A stretch of 61,172 nt of DNA, counting the filler. It is 8 parts of 8 records of this genome, joined end to end, with 100 filler letters (N's around TTAATTAATTAA, not from the genome) between each part and the next. Parts side by side here need not be neighbours in the genome. Positions count along the whole stretch, not along the records: positions 37,087 to 45,896 come from SRR15195285_660; positions 45,997 to 53,950 come from SRR15195285_663; positions 54,051 to 61,172 come from SRR15195285_664; 5 more parts are not named here. One strand, 5' to 3'. Below the pieces are notes generated by a model. It was not told the origin of the DNA. It did no database searches and was given only the letters and a program-made list of their open reading frames with translations. The translations under genes and the position numbers were made by a program. Below, piece after piece: positions 43,456 through 54,051 of the stretch (position 1 is the first letter of the stretch; every line of letters starts with the position of its first letter).

Positions 43456-43997
43456 ATCCGACTGACGGTGTCGCCTACGTCATCGCTCGCGGCGGCGGGC
43501 TGGCTGCTGGTCACCCCAGCTACTAGTAGCGCAAGCACGTGCGCAAGCGCGAGCTATTCGAATACCCACATATGCCTGCATGAATAGCTGCGATCACGCC
43601 GAAGTGCCCAGCATAAGATTAAGAACACGATCCGGTCGTACTATTTCGACTATTCGAACACATGTATGGTTTGTATGCTTTTTTACATACAATTCGAAAA
43701 TTATGATAGCTGGACCTCCGCTTACGAAGAGTTAAACTGTTCCGTAAATTTTGGTAAAACATATTCAATTGTATGCGCGCGCGCCGGCACGCGCGCGGCT
43801 CGCGGGCGGCGCGGCGGGCACATACACGCGTCGCGTACGTATACGCGCCGGCACGGCTCAGCGAGATCCAAGATCGACCCCCGCCTGCCTCACGCAGTAC
43901 TAGTCTACTCTACTTGCATCTATACAGAGGGAGTATGTTGGTGCTGCGACAACGCGCATCACACCACTAGCTCTCGGCACGTGCGCTCCTCTCCGTC

Positions 43998-45733
43998 ATG
44001 CTCCACGCTACCAGGCGCGGGCGCCGCGCAGTCGGCACCACAGCCGGCAGTATCTCACGGTTGGCACGGACGCTGCACCACGGACGCTGTGCAGGCAGCG
44101 CGCCCAGCGCATCTGGAGCGAGGCCGGCATCCAGCTTGGGCTCGAGCAGGGAGCCACCACAGGAGCCGCAGCAGCTGACACCAAAGGTACACCCGGGAGC
44201 CCTTTCTGCGCCTGTCAAGAGCGCATCGGCGACACTTTATGGATTCTGGGGCCGAGTACTTCCTGACTCCTGTGGCACATCAAGGTGAGTTTGCAGTCCA
44301 GCTGGTTTGCTTCCTGATCTCCAAACAGAACACTCAGCGACACACGGATGGGCAGGGTGGATCTGAACTTCGACCACCGCAGCTGGGTGGAGCACTCTGG
44401 GCCATGGAAGCATTTCCAACGGATGTCGCCTTTTTCTCTGTTTCGGAGTGCGGACATGCGACGCATCTTCTTTCCTGATGTTTTCATGGTCGGCTGCACG
44501 GCATCTGCAGTTTCGTGCGTTCTCTGGGAGATATACATGTGGATGGCCATCCAAATCTCATCAAACCACTGTGTTCCTGGGCCCACTTTGTGACAAACCG
44601 TTCCTGGAGCAGTTACTACAATCACTTGTGTGCGACGCCTCTCTGGCGGAGCCTGGACACGGATGGCGATGGCATCGTTAGCGCTTCTGAGATTAGAGCT
44701 GGGATCGATGCAGGCTTGGTGGAAGCCCATCACATGATGGGCTCGGATTTTTTCATTACGGGAGAGATGCTGACGATAAATACCTTGCAACCCTTTCAGC
44801 TAACTGCTGTAGCGTTGGGCATGATGCTCGCGTTTCGGACCCAGAATTGCAACGCCCGGTATACTGAAGCCCGCAAGCTCTGGGGCGCGATGGTCAACGA
44901 GAGTCGCGCTCTCTCATCCCGCATCCTATCTCTGGTACAGGATGTGCGACCGGACTCAGAGGCGGCAAAAGCCACGGTCCTTTCGGTGAAGTGTGTCATG
45001 ACCTTTCCTCACACGCTGAAGTACCACCTGACCCCCGGTGGCTTTTGCCCGGACCTCGTCATCACGGCAGAGATGACCGATGCTGAGATCAATGCGGTTA
45101 AGGCTGTAGCGCTACGCAAGGAGCTGGCGACCGTCTGGGACTACAATGACGCACTCGAGCGCGCACATGTGGACCGGCTGGTGCGGTGTTTGTTGGCCTC
45201 TCCACTCTACTGCAAATCCTTCTCCTCCTTAATTTCTGGCCAATTAATCGCTTGCTGTTTTCGTGGACCAGCTCGCGCCAGGAGTCGGGAGCCGGCCATT
45301 GCATGTCCTGCAGGAGCTCAGCGAGATGAACGCACGAGTGCTGGCGAAGCCGAAAGCGGACGGAGGGGCTGGTCTAGATCCGATGCATGTCAACGAGATC
45401 TACCGCAGTGTGACGCGCTTTCACGATGTACTCGGCGCTTGCGAGCGCCTCTACAAGACACCAGTCTACACTGGATACAGTCGATTTACGAGTCGCTGCG
45501 TTTTTGTCTGGACCAACCTCCTACCCCTAGCCTTGTATCCGATCATGGGTCCTGCAGGCACGGTGCCAACTAGTATCGTCATCGGCGTGTTCATGTTTGG
45601 CCTGGAGGACGTTGCCTCTCGCATCGAGGAGCCCTTCCGTACCCTACCGCTGTGGCAGTACGTCGAGGGTATCGACGCTTCGTGCACGCAGATACTCGAG
45701 CAGCATGAGGTAATCAGGAAAATCCCGCGATGA
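43998..45733 (+). CDS. Bestrophin-family anion channel (VCCN/UPF0187 type) with an EF-hand insert, multi-exon
   Basis: Motifs FDHRSWVEH, LAFRTQNCNARYTEARKLWG, CERLYKTPV..YSRFTSR, GLEDVASRIEEPF; EF-hand DTDGDGIVSASE. Introns at 44515-44612 and 45181-45271. Arg-rich transit-like N-terminus. Confidence 0.85.
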
Positions 45734-45896
45734 TTAGGGGCCCAAGAGAGTATCTGTAAACGGGTGGGCTAGACAATGCACATTCTCTTCGTGTCATCCT
45801 CGGTTTGCTACGTGCGGTAAGGCGCAAATGCCCCTCGCACGAACCTTGCATCCAACGATCACCCATTGTGTGTGTAAATGGTATGTATTGAGTCCG

Positions 45897-45996
45897 NNNN
45901 NNNNNNNNNNNNNNNNNNNNNNNNNNNNNNNNNNNNNNNNTTAATTAATTAANNNNNNNNNNNNNNNNNNNNNNNNNNNNNNNNNNNNNNNNNNNN
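45897..45996. other. Artificial contig linker
   Basis: 44 N + TTAATTAATTAA + 44 N. Confidence 0.98.
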
Positions 45997-46034
45997 CAAG
46001 GGGATACGTAGTGGAGTGGGGCGGCCCCCCGGGG

Positions 46035-49000
46035 ATGCGCTGGCTGCGGCGGCGGCGGCTGCGGATGCTGCTGCTGCTCGGCGTGGTGGTGGTGGTGCTG
46101 CTGAGGCCGGTCGGCGCGGAGGAGGAGGACGAGCGGCAGCGGAAGGAGGAGGAGGAGGAGGAGGAGCTTGTGGTGATGGTGGACAGGCGTGCTGCTGCGG
46201 ATGGTGCTGTCGATGGCGGTGGTGGTGCTGCAGCTGCTGCCGCGGCGGTTGATCTTCCTGCGCATCCAGTTGATCCGTTGCTCGGGCCGCTCAGCCCACA
46301 GGAGGAGGTTATGAACAAGCCTGCTCAGGAGGAGGCAGCAAGGGGCGCCCAGGCTGCTGCTGGTGCTGCTGTGGCGCCGGATCGGCCTGCACATCCAGTG
46401 GATCCGTGCGTGCTCAGTTGTTCAGCTCTCGCTGTGCCTAGGGCATCTGATCGCTGCAGTTAGTCACCCAGTCACTTCGAAAGCATAGGCGGGCAGCCCC
46501 TGTGCCATTCGCCCATATTGTCTCTCACACTGCGATTCGGCGCCGCAGAGAGCATGGGAGGGATCAGCTGGCTGGCAGCGCGGAGGCAGCGAATGCTGCT
46601 GGCGAGCCTGCGGCAACGGCGGCGCCAGCGGCGGACAAGGAACGCGGCTCGCTGCAGGGGCAGCGGGGCGCCGAGAGCACGGCGTTTGTCGAGTTGTCCG
46701 CGCTCTCGAACGAGATTGCGAGTGGTGCCGTCAAGGCTGGCGAGGCGACGAAGCGCGTGTCAGCAATCATCAAGCGCGCCGAGCAGGCGCTGCCCCCGGG
46801 CGGCGAAGCCCTGGCAGCGCTGCGTCTGCGAGGCGCAGAGCTGGTGGCGATGACGTTCCGCCGCGCGAAGCAGGCGGACGATCAGCTTCGGAATGACCTG
46901 CTGCAACTAGTTAGCGAGGCGCGCGCGGGCCGTCGGCAAGCCAAACCTGGCGCGGGGGGTCTTGCAGAGCTTGGGGATGAAGAACTTGATCTGGACGCGC
47001 TGATAAGGCTTGCCACAGACGAGCTCGGCACCCATGACGACGCAGTCACGGCTCTGCATCAGCTGCGCGACAGAAGGAACGATCACAAGCCACTAACACA
47101 TGATGGCGAGGCGTTCAGGGCGACGGTGGCTTCAGCCACAGCTGTAGATGCAGACGCAGCCACTGAGGCTGCGCGAGACTTGCATCAGGCAGGGAAGCTA
47201 CAGAATGGAAACCACTCTACATCGGTGGAAACACTGCGGGAGCGGATCGTCTCTTTGCAGAAACATTTCGGTCTCCCGCTCCTTGTGCCCAGGAAAACGT
47301 CACCGCCACCACCAGGCGCAGGCGTGAAGAGGGGTGGGCAGATGCAGCGGCCGACGGTGCTGGACACATCTCGAAGCGCATGGGCAGCGGCCACCAATAC
47401 CAGAATTGCATGGATCAATCGCTTGCACCTGCACGTATCACTCAGCAGCGCCAACAGCTCAACGGCGGAAAGGACTGATTCCACAACTGATAGCCATGGC
47501 ATCGATAGGGACCGCATGATCTGGGCAAATGCTAGCTCGGCATCCAATGCAGTTCACATCGGCGAGGCCTCGGCACGCTGCCCACCGCAGGCACTAGTGG
47601 GTGGAGGTCAGACACGGAGCGAGAGCTTTCGACGAAACTGCGCGGCGCACGTCCTTGACGGCAACCAGAACACACTGTGGCACGCGGGGCAGGCCCAAGG
47701 CAACTGGCTGACGTTGACAGTCCCGACTGGAGTTGTGTTTGATGTGCTAGAGGTGCAGTCGATTGATGAACGCCTAGCAAGACCGACCCTGCAATGGGGT
47801 ACATCGGCGGACGGTCCATGGGTGACCCTGCCTTCTAGCCGTGACGCGGCAGGCGTCTCCACATGTGACGGCTTGCTGCCAGACACTCAACAGGTTAGGT
47901 CTAATAGATCAGACGGTGCAAGCCCTGCCGAAAGCGTAAACCACTCGAACGTTGACACTGACAACCACACCAAGTCCGCCAACGGCAGCAGCTCGACTGG
48001 AGGTGACACCTTGTGCCATCGGTTGGTGGCGTCTCGGCAGAGCACCCGGTTCTGGCGTTTGCAGGTTGCGTCGGCCCAGGATGACGGCAGGGACGACCCT
48101 AATGACCCATATCGTTTCCCGTGGCCAGTAATATCGGAGGTCAACTTTGGTGTAATATTAACGCCCGCTGAGCGCCAGCAGTTGCTTTATGCCAATCATC
48201 ATAAGCAGGGGCAAGTCGGCACTCAGTTTACGCCGCTGAACATGGGCAAATACACGCATACCACAACGGCTCGCACAACTGATGTGCGACAAGACTTCCG
48301 CCCTACATCTGCACGACTTTCGCGGCCGCCTCCACCGGCGCCGCCGCCGCCGCCAGCACCATGTGTCGCAGTGTACGACACTGGAGTACCACTGATTCCG
48401 CCACGGGCATATTGGGTGATAATCGAGGACGTACCGACATTTCCTATCTCGATAACGCTCCCTGACTCGGCGCTGTCACATGCGGCCAAGCGAAAGGCGG
48501 TGCCGCCTCCGGCACCACGTACAGGCAATTCATCAAAGCCAACCCATGTCGCGGAAGCACCGCTGCACCATGGACCACAGCAGGAAGTGGCTGCGCGAGG
48601 GAACACCAGCTTTCAGGATAGTCGAGTGGAGGGCGAGGACCTATCACCGTTGTCGCCAGAGTCTATTGACACAAACAATAATGGCAGAGTTTCTGCACAC
48701 GAACTGAGCGCAGCTGTCGTAGGCTCTACTGGACGTTGGCCCTACGCGAAGAAGGTGGAGGCCGGCGGCGCAGCGATCGCCTTGCACACAGTGGACCCTG
48801 AACTGGCCGTACATATGGTGATATCTGGCGCAAGCGCAGAGGCAATGCGACAAGTGGGAAGGTCACCGCACCCACGTGCTACTTTCGACGCGGCACGCAC
48901 CGCAGCTTACCCAAAGGATGGTACTTCTTCGGGTGAGAAGGAGCAGCGGTGGCAACAGGAGCTACACGAGCTGTGGCTGAGAACTCAGGAGCAGCAGTCA

Positions 49001-52000
49001 GCTCCTCCGCCGGCAGCAACAGAGCTCTCTGATCGAGGACAACAAAATGATACCGAAGCTTCAGCGGACGCGGTTGATGAAGGTATCAGTCTGCATCTTT
49101 GGTTTTATCACGGCTCTGCACAGCCAGGCGGTCAGCGATCAATCGTCACATACGTGCCACCACACAGTGCGGCGCACGCACCCGGTGGGGCACCTGCGCA
49201 ATCAGGCTCTTTGCAAGGTAAGCTGCCGTCGCTGCAGTTGCGAGCAGACGCACGGAATTCCTCCCGAACACTACTAGCTGCAACACTCTGGACAAGCAAG
49301 GGTCGGCATGTAGCTTTGGTTACTGGACCGCTAGGGACAGCAGTGCCTTCATTCGAGTGGGCACACCTCGCCGTGGTGGTGCGGCCGAGACTGGCGCAGA
49401 TATATGTAAACGGTGACATGACCGCCTACTCGTCGTCGCTATCAGATAGCTCTGAGCAGTTCATTGTCATACCAGACGCACCAAAACGATCAATGGGTGA
49501 ACCCCCGAACTCGGTGCTGTACGAGAATACGAGCTTTGCCATTGGGAAAGCTTCCCTCAGAGCTGGAATTTCGTCTCGTGGTGCTCGCGGCATGGTGGAG
49601 CGCATGTCCATTTACGGCAGGCCATTGTCCCCCGGTGAGGTGCGCTGGCTTGCGACATGCTCTGGAGTGAACAGCAAGAACAGGGGTATCGATTCACCCT
49701 GGCAGCCAACTGCTCCACATCCGTTTCTACTCAGGGTGTCGCAGGGCGGTTCCACAGCCCCATCAGGAACTGTTGCACCGGTAACCCTTCGGCGACCTCA
49801 AGAGCCGCTCTCAACACCAGAGATGCCACCGTCATTTGTTGGGGCGATTGCGTCCGGCCGCTCGGTGTTTACGAGGCACATGCCGTGGGCACTGAAACTG
49901 AAGCTGAAGCTAGATAGCGCCGAGGTTGGACTGTTGCACAGCTGGCGACAGCCTGATGACGTACACGACACGTCCCTGGAACAGGTTGGAAGCGAGTACG
50001 AGCCGCTAATTGCCGCAGCGGATGCACTTCGAGAGGCATATCGCACAGGAAGACTGCCGAGTCTCTACGAGCACAGTGGGGCTCCAGGCAGCACACCTCC
50101 AGTACAAGCGGATACTGACAACGACGAAGCGAGCTCTGATGGGCCCGAGATACGTATGGTCGACATCGCTCGGGACGTGGCAATGGCACGGTGCATAGAG
50201 CTGCTGCATAGAGCTGCAGCCGTGGGGAGCTGCCAGGCAATGCACCGACTCGGAAGCTTGGTGCTCAGTGGGGAGTGGGCTGAGATGAGAGGACAAGGCA
50301 GGGCGGCGCTGTCCTTGCTGGAGTTTGCGGGACGTGGCGGGTGCGCAGACGCGCTTGCGTTGGCAGGGCATGTCGTGGCTGCGGGCAAGATTGCAGGGAT
50401 TGAGACGCCTATCTACCTTAACACAGCCGGCACCAGCACCGACACAGACGCTGACACCAAGGAGGTACACGCATGGCAGTTCTATCACGCGGCTGCGATG
50501 TATGGATCAATCGACGCGCATGCTGCGCTCGGGCGACGCTATTTGATCGGCGACGAGAACACACCCTATGCCAACCGAGTGTTGTGGCGGCCTGAGGGCT
50601 CAATCCAAGCTGCCTTGGCAATGGGACACTACTGCCAAGCTGCGCGCATCGCTGTTGCTCAAATAGACGGGGGTTCTTCGCTGCCCTTCACGGAGACCGT
50701 GCGGCTATCGTCAGACCAAGGGACACAAGGACAGTCCGGTGATGACGACGAATTGCTCCAGTATATCAAGCTACAGGCAGACGCAGGGGAAGCAGGAGCG
50801 TTAATGCAGATGGGTAGACTATACTACGCGGGGCAGCGTGGTATCCCTCGTGAGGCCGACCGCGCCTTAGAATACTTCCAGCAGGCAGCAGAGCAAGGCG
50901 TGCCGGAAGCAGAATTCAATATTGGCGTGATGGAGTCGCGAGGAGAGGGAGCGACGGGGGAGGTGGACCAGGCGGCAGCCTATGAGCATTTTGAGCGTGC
51001 GGCAGATGGCGGACACGTACCAGCACAGAATGGCCTTGGAGTAATGAATTTACACGGGCAGGCGAACACGACACGCAACGCAACAAAGGCAAGGCAGTAC
51101 TTCCAGATGGCTGCAGACCAGGGAGACGGTGATGGCATGGCAAATTTGGCGGCGATTCTCACCAACGGCGATGCTTCAACGACACCAGGTGGTCACCACC
51201 GCAGCGCGTCTGAAATCATCGAAGACAAGATTAAGGCAAAGGCGGAGGCCTTCCGGTGGGCGGAACTCGCAGCTGCTGGTGGGCACACCAAGGCATCGAT
51301 TCTGCTCGGAGACTTCTTCAGAGACGGTGTTGGGACCATGCCCGACGCAGAGCAGGCTGCTTGGATGTATCGTAAGGTCGCGGAGCGCGCACCTTCTTTA
51401 GGACTCGTCCTGCGCCAGGCCCTCGAGTGAGTGCTTTCCGATACATTTTCTGTACTACTGCACTTTGCATTCTACTCATGTCCACCCCAGTTTCACTGAC
51501 GCGTCGTGTTCCGACTCACGTAGGTGGCAAATGGTGTCTACTGGGCCGGCAGAGATATCACAGAATGTTGCCGACGTGACCAGGGAGCACAATGATGGTT
51601 GGCAATGGTCGGGGAGTGGCGCGGGTGAGTGGGAGCGTGCCGTGACCTATTATAGGATAGGCGCAGAGATTGGTTACGAGTTGGCTGCGGACAACGCCAT
51701 CTGGTTGATAGAAAACGATATTTTCGGCGGCAGTGGGTGGCCAAAAGCCTTCAGACACACGCTGGCGGATTCGGCGGACCCCCTAGTCGCACCAGCAGAC
51801 AAAGGAACAAACGCAGGAGCACCAATGGAAGTGCTAGCCGAAATATGGCGGATGCTAACGACGGTGGAGGTGCAGCACGGGCAGCGGTTGCTCCAACTCT
51901 GGCTGGGTGTGCTAGTGGCGCTGTACCAACATGCCAGCGATAGTGAGAACACCGAGGCGATGCTGCAGCTCGGCAACTTGCAGTATTACGGCTATGTTAC

Positions 52001-53025
52001 GAGTATTGCGGCTGGAACCAACTCAGTTACACCATTCGCTGGATGCGGTAGACCACGCGGCTGTGTGGCACTTGCGGCAAGCAGCGACAGCAACCAAACT
52101 CAGCAGCTGCGATTTCAGCTTGCGATGCAGTGGTACAGTGACGCACGCGACCTTGGTAGCAGCCAAGCTACCTTCGAAATTGCGCTCGGGCGACTGCATT
52201 TAGGCACGCCAGGCGTGCTGCAGCTCCTGCGCCAATCTGTAGACTCTAACCCCGGAGCAGACGCTCGGAATGATCCGGCTGAGTGGAGTGCAGCCATGCA
52301 CAGGGCAGAAGGACTACGGTTGCTGCGTGAACTGGCGTGGGAAGATGGCATGAGGCCAGCTAGTCGCTCGAGCCACGATAAGAGCGAAGAGTTCGACGGT
52401 CTGGGAGGCGAAAGGACGCAAGAGTCCAGTTGGTTGGCACTGGCTAGCAGCTGGCTCCTTACTGGCTGGTCCTCTCGTGACTATCATCACGCAGCAAGTA
52501 GAGACGAAGGTGGCAACACAGATGCGCAGCACGGAACCGACGACCAGCAGAATGATCCAGATGTGGATGTACTTGGAGACGACGACGACCGTGTGAGGCT
52601 GTTATCCGCAGAGATGACAGACGGGTATTTTGCTCTGTACGGAACCGAGTTGGGCGGCCGCCATTCGGTGATGGCGAGGCGGCGACGCTACTACGACGGC
52701 CTGGCCGCCAGGTACTAGATCTAGCTGCTGTTGCTTGTAGTACAGCGCACTACAATCATGCAAGTGCGCTGGAGTCTCATTGTTGTGTTGGTTATGTCCA
52801 TGCTTCACTATCTGCAGGGAGGCGGCGTTGAAGGCGCACTACGCCGCTCATGGTAAGAAGAACTCCAAGAAGCACGGACAGACGCAGGAAGCGGCCGGCG
52901 GCGGGAAGACAGCTGTTGAGCGAAGCGCTCCGCGCGTTGTCATTGAGGCCGTGCCAGAGCGCAGCTTCGGGGAGCGATTGGCTGCGCGTCTTGCACTATG
53001 CTGGGCGGAATATGGCAGCCACTGA
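46035..53025 (+). CDS. Large secretory-pathway Sel1-repeat protein (SEL1L/Hrd3-like) with discoidin-like, EF-hand and LamG-like regions, multi-exon
   Basis: Signal peptide at 46035. VLDGNQNTLWH...RFWRL (F5/8-like); DTNNNGRVSAHE (EF-hand); WAHLAVVV...IYVNG...IYGRPLS (LamG); Sel1 repeats ALMQMGRLYYAGQRGIPRE, AQNGLGVM, AEIGYELAADNAIWL. Probable introns near 46405-46550, 51427-51522 and 52711-52817. Confidence 0.8.
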
Positions 53026-53163
53026 TGATTGAAAATAACAATGGGATCGCAGACCAGGTCTCGCTCGAACGAGACGCATAAGCACCAAATTGGTTACACT
53101 CGTCGAATGGTGACTTTGGCGGACAGCCGCGTGTATTGTAACATAGATGCACCGGCTCGTTGG

Positions 53164-53915
53164 CTAGGCATCGCTTTGATTTGCGAAGAAGACTTGGTCG
53201 TCATCATCTCCAGCACTGTAGAGTTCCTCATCCTCCATTGCTTGGGCACTGGATACGCGGTTGCCGTTCTCATCAAGCACTTCGGAAGACGTTTCTTCGC
53301 GATTGTCGCGCAGCAGAAGATGATTTTCTTTCGTCAGCCGCTTAATCGTCTCAGACATCTACAGCAATGGCAGGTGTGAGGGACAGACAGTGAGCCACGG
53401 CACATAATGAAATTCAAAATTGATCCAGGCACCACAACGAAACGCAAACGTACCTTCTCCATGACGTGGGTCATAATCTTTTCGGCAATTGCAGGCTGCT
53501 CCCTCTCCATCCGTGTAAACTGTTCCCTTGTGAACACAAGCATTTCTACCTGCTGGCTATCGGCTACAAGCGAGTAATGCATCTTCTTCCGCAGGAAGAA
53601 CTATACCAAGCGCAGGCACACGTACAGTGCGGAGATCAGAAACGCAAGACAATGATGCCGATGAACTGATTGAGCGATGCGCAAGCACGCCAACACATGC
53701 TGCACTTCGAGCTTGAGGGCAACCCATGAACTCACCTCTGTCTCACAGCACATTGTCCCTCTATATTTCTTCTCCAGCCTCTTCTCCCTGCCATCAAATG
53801 CCATGCGCCTAACCATTGCTGCAGAGCCTTCAGTTATGAAGAATAAAGCATCTGGGTCGGCACCCTGGTTGGCTATCACTTGCCCGGCTTTCCACCGAAT
53901 TACATCTCCGTACCT
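53164..53915 (-). CDS. 3' fragment of a cyclic-nucleotide-binding domain protein (resembles the C-terminus of SulP-type transporters), multi-exon
   Basis: KAGQVIANQGADPDALFFITEG..., MLVFTREQFTRMEREQPAIA (cNMP fold). Three exon pieces; 5' truncated at the (CA)n tract and linker. Confidence 0.7.
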
Positions 53916-53922
53916 ACAGGGG

Positions 53923-53950
53923 CACACACACACACACACACACACACACA
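53923..53950. repeat. (CA)n microsatellite at a contig end
   Basis: cacacaca... runs directly into the linker. Confidence 0.95.
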
Positions 53951-54050
53951 NNNNNNNNNNNNNNNNNNNNNNNNNNNNNNNNNNNNNNNNNNNNTTAATT
54001 AATTAANNNNNNNNNNNNNNNNNNNNNNNNNNNNNNNNNNNNNNNNNNNN
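53951..54050. other. Artificial contig linker
   Basis: 44 N + TTAATTAATTAA + 44 N. Confidence 0.98.
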
Positions 54051-54051
54051 G

